The notes under the pieces were generated by a model that saw nothing but the letters and a program-made list of their open reading frames with translations, made no database searches and was not told the DNA's origin. A DNA stretch of 64,000 bases. Origin: Octopus vulgaris (lineage: Eukaryota). The position numbers and the translations under genes were made by a program. The first letter of the stretch is position 1, and each line of letters opens with the position of its first letter. The DNA is taken from contig OX597816.1 in the NCBI GenBank assembly GCA_951406725.2, positions 105,648,001 to 105,712,000 on the forward strand, read 5' to 3'. Shown here piece by piece: positions 1-13,000 of the stretch.

Positions 1-164
1 TTAATCATGCATTATCTCTCTGCTTCTAGACTTCAATGATGTGACAGTATATTTTTAGAATGACTTTGTATGATAGGTGTGAGAGGCTGAATTTGATCAG
101 TTTGAACATAAAACATGTGGAATAGTTGGGTTTGATATGGCTGGTTTAAATACTAAAGGGTTAA
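1..164. mobile_element. Right end of a TTAA-flanked non-autonomous DNA transposon (piggyBac-like MITE), truncated by the window edge
   Basis: Ends ...tactaaaggg|TTAA (161-164); collinear with the copy at 60035-60254 (shared ttcaatgatgtga, agtttgaacataaaa, gatatggc.ggtttaaa). Confidence 0.6.
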
Positions 165-3100
165 ACAAGTGATTATGGGAGTTCTCCAGAATAAAATAGT
201 AACCAAAAGGGTCCATAGGAGGAAAATGGTTGAGAACCATTAGAGTCAATACTCTGATTAGAAACAATTCTACAATGAGGAAATGACATTATTTCAATAA
301 CTAATGTCTTTCTCTTCCAACTTGTGGTGTTTGAGACTTTTGAATGGACTGGGCAACAAATGGCAAAGTTCTTGTTATTGTTGGCAGCTTGCCTCATAGA
401 GGTATCAGGTGATGCCCATGAGGGTGCTTGACTTTTCCAATGCCTTAGCCTTGCCATCACCTATGGTAATGCCACAAGCATGCTGGCTTGCTTCAGTAGG
501 TTCCATTGAACCTTGTGGTGTATGACTAATTGATGCACTTAGTGTTGCATTGATGTTTTTTCTTTCTTTGTGTGTGTGTGTGGGGGGTATCTTTGTCTTT
601 CTATTGTAAAATATATTCCTGTTCATATTCTGAATAAAAAAATTCAGTATTAATAAAAAAAAAATATCTAAACAAGTGTGGGAGATAACTCTGGCCAGGT
701 TGCAATCTCATTCTTGGTTAATTTATGAACTTGACTGTACTTGTTGAAATATTCAAAAGTGAATGAATAAATAGAAGTATACACTAATACCAAAAAATTG
801 GAATATTTGGAAATAAACATATCACCAAGATAAATTATTTGGAAAGAGACTGTATGAACAACAATAATTAAATTAGTCCTAACATATTTAATGCAGGGGG
901 CTAAAAAAATCTAATTAAAAGTAGCTTTATGGTGGGGAAAATTATTTATAATCAGATTTTTGATGATCATGGAGTAGGTCATCTAAAACAGATCTGGCCA
1001 TAGGATTTCAACAGCAATAACTACATTTACAAACTACACTGAACTGGATGTTCCTCATAGCAAGCCAACACATTTGTTTCATTTTATTTATAATATTTAT
1101 ACTTCATGTGCAAAGAAATATAATTAACCTTGAGAAATTTTACAGGCTCCTAATCTCATCTCTTTCAGCAAATCACTATTTTTCAAATGGTAATCTTCAT
1201 TTGACATTAAGTTGGAGTCACACTCACTAGATTCTTTTCCTACATAGAGTTTGAGAGTATTAGTATCTTATGAGAAATAATAGTGATTTTGAATTTAATC
1301 TAAGAATATAATAATTACAATATATGATAATAAATGAAAATCAAATTCTTTGAATTATAGTAATTTACCAAAAAATAATAGAATACACAAGGTTAACACT
1401 TTAGGAAGTGTCTACATTTTAATAATAACTAATCACAGAAAATTTAGGTACGTAAATTGATCATGTTAGTACTGTTTTTAATGAGTGTTACAACATCAAA
1501 TTGCATTACAAATAAATAGTTTAAGAATAGCATTCTGGAAAAAGTGTAGAAAGCTACAACATAGGTTTATACATGATGCTTTTTCAAGATGAATACTGCA
1601 GTGCTATGGTTTTCTGCAGCATATCCACATTGAATAAGATATACAGAATGCTATTCTGAACTAATACTGCCTTCATCACTAATACAAAGTAATCGGAGGG
1701 ATACATCTGATCAAATCAAACATAAGTATGTTGATTTATACTTCAATGTAGATATTCAACTGTATCTCTTCAAAGACATAAACTAAATAAACTTATGTAC
1801 AAATACATGATGGGTACAGTTAAGTGCTTTAAATAGTATTTGATATGTATTTGTTTAAGGATGCAACTAAATACTGCCACAGGCCACAAAAAAGTAAAGG
1901 ACTGTTGCAGGTCATAATGTTTCATTCACAGAAGATGGACATCTACATTGATTTATAAAAAGAGTTAACTTCATTTGTTTGGCTTGTCTGGTATGAATAA
2001 ATATATATTTTAAATATGTTTAAAGAACAGCTTCATTGTTCATATCAGTTAAATTTGTCTGAAATTGTCATTGTTACTATATTTACTATCTTTCAAAACA
2101 ATTTGCTAGATTTGATTTCATAACATTTCTGGTACTTTTAATTCTTTTTTAATGCTTTAGATCATGCCCTTTATATATATAAACTTTCTAATTGACTTAT
2201 ATGGCTACATATAACTTAATACTGCAGTTTATCCTTCATGCCTATGACTATGTTGAAGTATTGCGTTCAATTTGATTAGTCAAATGCTTGAGTGAAAGAG
2301 GATTTTTGAATATGTTTAAGTTTAAATTTGGAGAATAAATTCTGTTTTGCAACAGAAAACATTAAAAAATAGAAAAAAATACATTTGACAATCTTTGAAA
2401 TTTTAGTTTCCATTGAACATTTTTAAGCTGATTCAACTCAAAAGTCAAGTGTTATTTAAAGGAAGCGGTAATGTATAAGTAAAACAATGAGCTACATCAC
2501 AGAGTGAAAGTTAGCAGCTTAACATTCTCATTTAATTAAAGGTATTAAACTGAAAGGAACCAATTCAGAATGAAGTGTGAGATTGAGAAGAAATTATCAA
2601 TGTGTGATGAAATTCTAAAATGATTGAGATTATCAGGCAAAGCATGAAAGTTTATTTTCATTCATTAATATGGAATTTTAGAAAAAGCATTTTAAATCCA
2701 TTATATTTGCAAGATGAGCCTGAATAATTAACATAATAAAGTTTTTGTTAGTGTATTTCCATTCAATAACTGAGGTATGCCTATAATCTTTTAGAGAAAT
2801 AAGAGCATAGAAAAAGGATTTGAATAATGTTTACTGCCTTAATCATCTATTTGATATGCATACACATTGTTCTTACCTTAGATCAGTTTTTAATCATTTG
2901 TTTTATGTCTTTGGACAACATCACTTCCATATGACATTTCTTTAGAAAGTTCTTATCCATTTTCTTCACATGTCTAAACTACTAAAACATTTTCCTCTAC
3001 TATATTGGATAGCTTTACTTCAAAGTCTGTTTTCCCTATTAGAATCTCAGATTCACAATCTATAATTAGTACATCACAATATTTTTATATTCCTACAGTG

Positions 3101-3175
3101 TTTTTTACAGATTTTATTGTTTATGTGTCTTATACTGTAATAAAGCAAACTTCATGCAACTTCTCTTATAGGAAA

Positions 3176-3275
3176 NNNNNNNNNNNNNNNNNNNNNNNNN
3201 NNNNNNNNNNNNNNNNNNNNNNNNNNNNNNNNNNNNNNNNNNNNNNNNNNNNNNNNNNNNNNNNNNNNNNNNNNN
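3176..3275. other. Assembly gap (100 N)
   Basis: Run of N; adjacency across it is not sequence-supported. Confidence 0.99.
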
Positions 3276-3389
3276 CAGTCACAGACAAGCAAAACTGTCG
3301 AATGTCAACATTCATGCATGCACAAACCCCCATACATGCATCAGGCTCCCACTGCACAGCTTCTAGGGCAAGTGCCTTCTACTATAGAT

Positions 3390-3462
3390 TCAGCTGGCCA
3401 AAGCCTTGTGAATGGATTTGAGAGATAGGAACTGAAAGAGGCTGTGTGTGTGTGTGTGTGCA

Positions 3463-3523
<61 letters not shown>

Positions 3524-3805
3524 GTGCGTGCGTGCGTGTGTGTGTTTACCTTGACATATACCAATTGTAAATGAATATCAATGTCATACAAATGATGTAA
3601 TTCATTTGCAATCATACATGGAAGCATTTCTAGCCATTGTGCTGCCCATTTTTAAAGGACAAACGGAAGTACTAACTTGCTTGGAAACAGGTGGGAGTTG
3701 GTGACAGGAGAGCATTCACTCATAGAAAACCTGACTCAACAAATTTCATCTGATCCATCCAAGCATGAAAAAGTGGATGTGATGATGATGATGATGATGA
3801 TGATG
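3390..3805 (+). mobile_element. SINE family A, partial, with internal (TG)n and an RTE-like (TGA)n tail
   Basis: ccaaagccttgtgaatggatttg...aactgaaaga matches the copy at 24966-26640; ends agcatgaaaaagtggatgt(gat)n. Confidence 0.65.
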
Positions 3806-5089
3806 AGGGCATCAGTCAACCCTGGGCTACAGTAGAAGACACTTTCCCAAGGTGCCATGCAATAGTTCCAAATCCAAATCCATATGATTGTGAAACAAAT
3901 TTCTTAATCACACAGTCATGAAATATATATTACAAGACAGTTATTTATGTGAATCATTTTCACTATGATACTTCACACGCACATAGCTCAGCCCTAAAAG
4001 GAGAAGGGAATGAAATTGTTTCCAAAAGGGAAGGCACCAAACTAGTAACTTTAGGGTGTCTGGTCAGATTCTCAGCAAATTTCTCCTGCGCTCTGATATG
4101 ACTTAAATAACACCAACAAAAGGCCTTTCTAGAGTAAATAATAATAAAAAAAGCAACTGCAAGAAAAGCTAAACAGATTGAAGAACAAAAATCCTTAAGG
4201 CAATGTCAGAAAGATCAAATAAGATAAAAGAATGATTTTGAAATGCACATGGAAGATTCTTGCATGCATGCGTGCATGCACACAAAACGCTATGATAAGA
4301 CCACTATATTTCACATTGGCTAATAATTTTGGAAAGAACATCCTGCTACAAGAGAAGCAGATGAAATACAAGAGGTAAACTTTGAGATTTGAGATATAGC
4401 AGAAGATTTTAGAAAAAGGATCTATGAAGTTATACTGTTTAAGATGTTAGTGGCTGTTTAAGTAAAACAAAACTTCAACAAGTGAACAAGGAAATTGTAG
4501 AAATGAGAATAAGAAATCAGTTGAATATATAGATATAGAAGACTGTGCTCTGTGAAAGTTAAATCATAATAATAAAGAAGTGGTTTATCAATATTCCAAC
4601 AATCTCAGTAGAATAAAATATATTTAAAAAAAGATTGAATGATGTAAATTTGAAGATTCGAGAATGTGAAGATTGAAAACGTTAACAATTCCCACAGTAC
4701 TGGGATTCATTATATTTCCCCAATGAATAAAACAACATGCAAATCCTCCATCCACTCACAAATATCTAAACAAGTTTGCAAGATCTGTATAATGGGTTTT
4801 GCCATGTAAAACTTAGCTTCTGTATATGTATGTATAATGGATACATGCCATATAAAGCATAGCTTCTGTAAGTACTGTGTGGTTCAGAAGTTTGCTTTGT
4901 AACCATATGGTTTTGGGTTCAATCCTAATGTGTAGCACTCTGGGAAAGTGTTTTCTAATATTGTCCCAGGTTGATCAATAATTTGTGAGAGAATATATTA
5001 GGTGGATAGGAACTGTGTGGAAACCTGTCATAAGTGTGTGTACATGTGTGTGTGTGTGTGTGAGAGAGAGAGAAAGAGAGAGAGAGAGA

Positions 5090-5565
5090 GACCAGATTTA
5101 TAAGTGCAGACAAAGAAGAGGTGTAAAGGAATCACAGAGAAGGTAAGCTTTGAATGTGGCAGATGCACAGAAGCAATAAGCACATGAAAATAGAGTATTT
5201 TAAATGCCCAGATAGCTCGCTAGAAGTTGTTGTTGGCAGCTTCTGATACCTAGGGAACACAATTAGCAGTGGAGGTGGCTACTCAGAAATTGCTACTGCT
5301 GGAAACAAAGATCTTTTCCCTCGGGATGAAGAGCAGCTTGTATGATACTTTAACTAAAATTGCAATGTTGCATGGCATTGAGATATAGGCCTTGGATGCA
5401 CAAGGCTTACAAAGACTGGAAAGAAATGCAGCTTGCATGCTCTGATGGATGTGTAATGGTGCATGAACACTGGAGTATAAACGAACTAAGGAAACTAAAC
5501 TGGGTGTAAAACGAATTGGGTGTAAAGTGCATTAGAGGATGCTTTGTAGGTATGGGCATGTGATG
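5090..5565 (+). pseudogene. Decayed RTE-clade LINE ORF fragment (RT C-terminal region)
   Basis: Broken translation gives CGRCTEAI...LEVV.GSF*YLGNTISSGGGYSE...LQRLERNAACML*WMC; stops and frameshifts; apparently the same family as 42541-43410. Confidence 0.65.
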
Positions 5566-5580
5566 ACTACACTTACACAC

Positions 5581-5699
<119 letters not shown>

Positions 5700-7015
5700 A
5701 GATCTAAAATCCAGCATTGTTGTTTATGTTGTGTCTCTTTCAGAATGAAATGAATACTGAGATCAGTATGATCAACTGAAACCCTTAAAGACAATGCCCC
5801 AGCATGGCTACAGTCTAATGATTGAACCTAGTGAAACAGACACACACACATACATTCACACAGATGAAATGATGATGATTATGATCATTACGATCATAGT
5901 CATCGTTTCCACTTTCCCATATTGACATAGATTGGATGATACTGAGGCTGTATTCTAAGGCCTGATGCCCTTTCTGTCATCAACCCTTATTTGCTCTTCA
6001 ATATTTTTATTCCATCACCAAACTATTGTTCAAAGGGAACATAGAAAATGCATTGGTACTTAATTGGTGTCAGTGTCAAGATATGGAGAAATAGACACAC
6101 ACTATATATATATATTTGTGATATATAGTTTTTGTTTAATAAATTTCATTTGCAAGGCATTGGTCAGCCTGAGGCTAGAGTAGAAGACATTTTCCCAAAG
6201 TGTCACACAGTGGAATGGAACTGGATATTATGCATCAGTGTAATAAATTCTACAGCTACACATTCATGCCTGCGCCTTATGCAGAACTGTTTGATTATAT
6301 AATCAAAAGAAGAGAGTTATTATTATGTATTTTCACTGAGATTTCTAACTAAAAAAAAAAGATAAAAGAGATATAAAGCATGTGTAACTGAGATGTCAAT
6401 TGAAACATGCCTTCTAATTATTTAAATGTCATGTAAAAATAGTTACTGAAGCAAGTGTTTTTAACGTTAATTTTTCAAATGAAATTGAAACTTGGCATTT
6501 TTGTTTCATCAGTTTGGTCTGAGGGAATCTTTGTGTCTATTGCCATCATAGGCAATTAATGGTGGTTAATGCTTCAACTGATATTTAACAATCACCAAAA
6601 GTTAATTTTTTTGACTGATATTTAACACAAAAATAAAATAAAATAAAATATACAAACATCAAATGACAACTTGTGTTCAATGTTTCCATTATTGATACAG
6701 CAGAGTTAAAAACTAGTCATATCAACTACATGTGTTGTGGCTCATAACCTATTGCTACTTATTAACTGGTAAGTGAGGCCAATACTATATTGAAATTATA
6801 AGAATATAAACAGGGAAACTGTTTCATAAGATTTCTTTATCTAGAATGCTTAAATAATTTTATCAAAATGCATTACAGATTTTATTATGATTTGTTGGTA
6901 TGATATTATTCAGTAGCTTATATTAACTAGAATATGTAGCATTTACATGATCAGTCTATCATATCATATTCAAAGCTTTTATTGTACTGTGATATGAAGC
7001 ATTTCTTTTTAACAA

Positions 7016-8567
7016 TCTTACTATGTCTGTCTGTACGTCTGTCCATGACCTTTTCCAGGTCAAACAGCTGGTCACACTTGCACAAAACTTGGCAGTCTTA
7101 CTATTGACATCTCGAGAGTGGTTTATATCATGTTTAAAAAAATTTTTGGAAAGACTTGTTTTACTGCTTTGATTTGTACAAAACTAAGGAAGCCATTTCC
7201 GTAAAAGATTTCTTTTATTTATTTATTTCCTTTCCTTGTGTGTGGCAGCATAGGGACATTGTTCGACAAGACGTGCTTTGATGGGGTGTGTGACACAGCA
7301 AGTGAGTGACAGAGACAGAGAGAGACACACACACACACAGACAAATGGAGAGAAAGACAGAGACAACACAGGGAGATAGAGAGAGACAAAGACAGAGATT
7401 GTGTGTATGTCTGTGTATGTGTTTTTTAAACCCCATTAAAACACTTTCTTTACAATGATGTCAACTTCAGCCAGCACCCACAACAAAAATATTCATAAAT
7501 AAAAATACATAAAAATAAAATTATATGGAAATTGGCCACAGTAACAAAACAGAAACAAAAACTGAAATGGCATTTATGAAAGCTCAAACAGTACTTTCAA
7601 TTCTTCTTTCATTATTATCTCTACAAAAGTTCTGGGTGTTGATGGAGTGAGCAGCACACAAACTGTGAGACACACAGAGAGACAGGCAGAGAGAGAAAGA
7701 CAGAGACAGAGAAAAACACAGATAGACAGAAACAGAGAGAAAGACACACTGTATGTGTGTGGGTATGTGTGTGTCAATTTGGTATAGCACCCAGGACAAA
7801 AAAAATAAATAAATAAAAACAATAATGTAAATGACCACATGATTAACAACTTCCCAGGAGAAAGTTGACAATATCTATGTTGAGACACTATAGTCGATGG
7901 AAATTATCACCAGTATCCACAGGATTTCCTTAACAACTTGAATCCATCGGGACTACCTATGCATAGAATCTCACTGTAAAAGTACTGTCCTATAATGCTC
8001 CTATGAAATTTTGACCCTGCCAATGGACATTGCAACGGAACAAGATACACCATCATGCAACTCAATTCTCACGTCATCGAGGCAGTGACAGTGATCGGCC
8101 CTCACAGTGGTAAGCACCTGCTCATACCTCAGATACCACTGGTACCCTCCGACAACCAGTTTCCCTTCCAATTACAACACAGGCAGTTTCCCATCAAACT
8201 AGTCTTCTCATTCACTGCTAACAAGCCACAGGGCCAGACTTTAGTTAGTGTTGGTGTGTTTCTGCCCGCTCTGGTGTTTACACACGGCCAGTTGTATGTC
8301 ACTATGAGCAGAGCAACGGACTCAGCTAATTTGAAAATTAGTGTTGATCAAACACAAAATATCGTTTACAAAAGAAGTTTTGCAAATGTAATAATATCAT
8401 GAATATGTACTACGTAAAGCTGTACATAAGTATAATCAAAACTAACCATTATTTATATTTTGTTACATTTCCTATGCTATATTTCACTATAAATACATTC
8501 ATACTTAAAGTTGTTATTATTTTCCACCCTCTTTTCATTTCCCATCGTAGATGGGTAGCTTTGCTAG
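7016..8567 (+). mobile_element. Non-autonomous Helitron with a PIF1-helicase remnant
   Basis: 3' hairpin cccatc-gta-gatggg (8541-8555) followed by CTAG|T (8564-8567); putative 5' A|TC at 7016 followed by gtctgtctgt; internal helicase motifs. Confidence 0.8.
7890..8395 (+). pseudogene. Helitron Rep/Hel PIF1-family helicase C-terminal fragment
   Basis: YPQDFLNNLNPSGLP..., NGHCNGTRY, LLIPQIPLVP, RQFPIKLVFSFTANKPQGQTL, VFTHGQLYVTMSR; in-frame stops upstream of ORF 8055-8402. Confidence 0.9.
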
Positions 8568-10359
8568 TTTATATAATGTAACATATTTTTGCTCTGAAAT
8601 GGTGAATTAGTCAACATCAAGAATTTAATACAAAGCAAGTTAAAACTGGTAGCATGGTGGACAAAACGCTTAGCAGTATATAGTTATGTACCTTCACATT
8701 TTGAGTTCAAATTTCACCGAGATTAACTTTGCTTTTCTTCCTACCAAGATTAATAAAATAAACTGTTCATCAAGTACAGGGAGGCACTGTAACCAACAAC
8801 ACTTGTCCCCTAAAGTGTGGAATTGTACCAGTTGACATTAGAATCAACTGGACAGAAAAATGAACCATCAAAAATAGATTTCACTAAGCCATCACATCCA
8901 CTCAATAACATTGATACTAGGCAGGTTGGGTTTATCAATACATGCTATTTATAGCAAATTCCACTTTGCCATAACCTTCAAATAATTAACGATTTTTCAC
9001 TTATCAGTTTTCTAATGTTGGTGATTGCATGCCTTTTGGAATTATTCCTTCTTATTTCATAGCTGACCAGAGTAAATGGTCAGTTAATGCAGTCATCTGT
9101 TGCTATACAGAATTTGCTGAAAGAATGAATAAGATGTTGTCTCAAATAATTAAAAAGAATCAAGAGCTTGTGGTATTGGCAAATGTATCATGCACACAAT
9201 TTCTTTTGCTCATTTATTTTGTTTATTCTGTTGCTCATTTGAACACTAACTAAATCCTCTGGCATTCATCTGTCTGCTTTAATCCCAGGCTATTTAATTT
9301 ATTGTCAGTATGTAGAAGCAAACAATTTCCAAGATTGATGTGTAGGCAAACCTAGTACACTATACACCATAATGATTACTATAATGATAGTTTATGATAA
9401 ATACTTACTTGATATCACATGAACATCATTTCAGAGGAGCAACTGGATTGATACCCATCCTTTATACTGCTAGTATTTATAACATTATTAAACAAGTGCA
9501 CATTATACTGTTATTATATATGACTGACATTCACTTTACACAAAAGTCGTCAGGCAATATTTAATAATAGCATTGCAATTATATGAACACTGATATTTCC
9601 AATGTATAACTCATAATGTACATTACTAGAACAGCAGGACAATCCTCTGTAATACATAGTATAACAGATACTGATATCCATATTGATTATCTTGATATTA
9701 GTATCTCTAATACTAATAATCATATAACCAATAAATAATAGTCAATATGATTTGAATCTTAGGTTGAAGAGTTGTAAATTTACATATTTTCAATAGTGTT
9801 GAACTTAGTACAAAAATTATGAAACTTTATTTACAATACAGTAGAACTAATAAGAAACAAGAGATAACTTAATGCTCAAGAGGGCTAAATGGTAACATGT
9901 AGTCCTTTAGTTTTGATTTCCAAGATCAAATCTTCTAACAAACAAATAAAAATAAAAATAAATAAGTTGGTGGTGCTTTGCATCTGCCAAATAAAAACAA
10001 ATCTCTTCACTAGAAGTCAATATTGGAAAAAAAAAAAAAATTGAAATCAAAACAAAGGTGAATTGGTAGAAATCGTAAAGCCACAGAATTTTAGAGTTAT
10101 TACTTTGTGTTTTTAGAGTAAATACTGCCTTCATCTTTCAAGGATTAAGAAACATACTGGCTTCAGTTTAATCAACTATATCCCTCTATATACAGAGATT
10201 AGCCTTGCACCATCAAATATATTCCAGAAAATGATGTGTGATTAGTCATACATTTCAGTATATTCATAAACATTTTCAGTATCTTCATAAATATTTTCTA
10301 ATACTCATGTGTAACATAGCCATAAGACCACAAAGTTGAAGGGGAGACACTTAGTTACA

Positions 10360-10952
10360 TAAAATCAACCGCAGTACTTGATTGGTACGTTTTATCAATC
10401 TTGAATGAATGAAAAGTAGACGTGACCATTGTGGGATTTGAAATCAGAATATAAAGAGCCAAAATAAATATCTCAAGGCATCCTAATGATTCTGCTAATC
10501 TATTGCCCTTAAAGTCAAGGAATAATTGTATCTAACACAGGTACAAGGCTTGAAATTTTGCAGGAAGGAGTTAGTTGGTTAGATCAACCCAGTGTTTGAC
10601 TGTTACTTCATTAAACCAGAAAAGATAAAAGGAAAAATAGACTTTGGCAGGATATGAACTCAGAACCTAAAAACGTAGAACTAATACTACAACACATTTT
10701 CTCTAATGCTCTAACAATTCTGCCATTCCACCACCCTTAATAATAATAATTTCAAATTTTGGCACAAGACCAGCAAGTTCAAGGGAGGATGTAAGTTGAT
10801 TATATAGGCCCCAGTACACAACTGGTATTTGTTTTATTGATTCCAAAAGGATGAAAGGCAAAGTCAACCTCAGCAGAATTTGAACTCAGAACATACAGAC
10901 AAATGAAATGTTACTAAGCATTTTGCCCGACATGCTGCCAGTTCACCACCTT
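10360..10952 (-). mobile_element. Three tandem, decayed copies of tRNA-related SINE family B
   Basis: Repeated ggatgaaaggcaaagtc(a/g)acctc...gaatttgaactcagaa motif (box-B-like GAGTTCAAA on the minus strand). Confidence 0.7.
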
Positions 10953-12644
10953 ACCACTCTTAATAACAATAAAATAAGTTATTAATAATAAATCTATGAC
11001 ACAATTTTACTAACTAGTATTTTGCTAAGTCAACAAAGGAACCTCTATATGATTCTTCAATATGCTAGAAATAGCAGCTAAATTTCTCACAAATCACAGC
11101 TAAAAGGAACGAGGCAGTCCAACAAGGGTTTTCTATACAGGAGCATTGAATCTACTAAGCCATGGCAAGAAAGCTTTGGTCATAGGTCTGCTTCTTCAAA
11201 ACTGACCTGGGGCTAATCAATACCACCAGCAAAATGGAAGACACATTGAATTATAGTCCCAGATACTCTTTTCTTGAATTAAATATGAGACGGTCAAGGC
11301 TAGAATGCTACTGATTACAGAGTTGTTTGGTTTGTGTTGGCAGAGGGCTAAACAACACATTTTTGTTTTTATCATGGAAAAGCATCACATGAAATCATTA
11401 ACCACCCTACTGATTCGGTGGGCCACTTAAATCATAAGCTAAAATGACATGTAACAGGTAAAGTTTGAAATCTAATTCAAAGAATAAATAATGGGAAGCT
11501 AATTTCCAATAATGGTTGTTGTGTGAAAGTGTGAAAAAAAAATTTTTTTTAATTATTTCATCTTGCATGCAAACACATGCACATTTACACAGAGTATAAG
11601 ACGCATTAGTATTTTGCAATGCAAGACACCATCGGAAAAAACAAAAAATCTTTATAGTAGGTTGAAGGTGGCTAATACAAGGAGTTTCATGAATATCCTC
11701 ACACACACTCACACAAACATGTGCACAAGATCACTAAAAATTTTTAATCAGATATCATCACAATATCATAACATAACATCCATTTTCCCATGGTGGCATG
11801 GGTTTGATCATACTGCACATTGCCACTTATTTCAATCTCAATATGTTCTCTGAGGGCCAGATTCAGATTTAATTTCAGGTCTTCCCCATCTTGTTCTTCC
11901 ACAGGTGCTCTTCATCAATATCTGAAAATGTTATCCTCCCATATCTTTTTCTACCTTAATTCTGGCTCATAGTTTAAGAATAATTATAATCATTGGCAGC
12001 AGAAGTTGCAGCCATTCTCTTCATGTTGACCTTTTAATAGAATGTCATAGAAAGGATATGTCTTCAATTTGAAGTATTGTAATGTTCATTTTAAATATTT
12101 CCAAATATTTTCAGCAAAGTGGTATAATAAACTAGTTATTGAAATTTCAATAATATTAAATTATTTGAAAAAATAAAAAGAGTAAAGAAATTACTGGGAC
12201 AAAAGAAAATATTCTAAGTTATAAGTCATGAGATTTATCTGAGAATGCAGTTTATTAACTCTTTTGTAAGCATATTTTTATTGAAATATATAAGACAGTC
12301 AGTTGGCAGTGTCATTAGAACACTGGATGAAATACGTTGCAGTATGTGCTCTGCTTCTGAGTTCAAATCCTGCCAAGATCAACTTTGCCTTTCATCCTTT
12401 CATGGTTGATAAAAATGTACCAATCTAGCATGGTAAATTGGCAGAACTATTAGAGGGCAGGGCAAGATGACTTACACTATCTGTTCTGACTCTGCATTCT
12501 AATAGCAATTCCTGTGATGATACAAGTGCCAAGCAGTGTCATTCCAACTCAGAGGCTTCTCTCTTGGATAACATTGGTGGTGTGCAGACTTGTATGCCAG
12601 GGTAACTATCTTCCTAAAAAATATCGTCCAGGCTTGCACATATC

Positions 12645-13000
12645 TCATCATAACTGTTTAACATCTGATTTCCATGCTGGCATGAGTTGGACACTTTAAT
12701 ATGGAGCTGGCCAGCCAGGGAGCTGTCCAGACTCCAATTATCTGTTGTGGTATGGTTTCTGCAGCTGAATGCCCTTCATAAGACCAACTACTTTACAGAA
12801 TGTGCTTGGTGCTTTCCACATGGCAACAGGTGCATTTATGTAGCACCAGCATGAGTGCATTTTATGTGGCCCCATCATCTGCAAAGGACAAGAGATTTTA
12901 CTTAGCCTGATGCATCTTCTCAAGCACAGCAAATTGCCACAACTCCCAGTCCCTTTCCTCAGTGCCATTTCCTCGGTGAGGCCCAGTGTCTGAAAATCCT
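12645..13000 (-). mobile_element. RTE LINE 3' end fragment
   Basis: Collinear with 42541-43160 (tttccatgctggcatg, gcagctgaatgccctt, cttctcaagcacagca); minus-strand ORF includes DFQTLGLTEEM. Confidence 0.7.

Noticed and set aside
8055-8402. Host PIF1 helicase gene
   Set aside because: Intronless, has upstream stops, and is followed by a Helitron hairpin and CTAG; transposon-derived. The same applies to 53681-54031.
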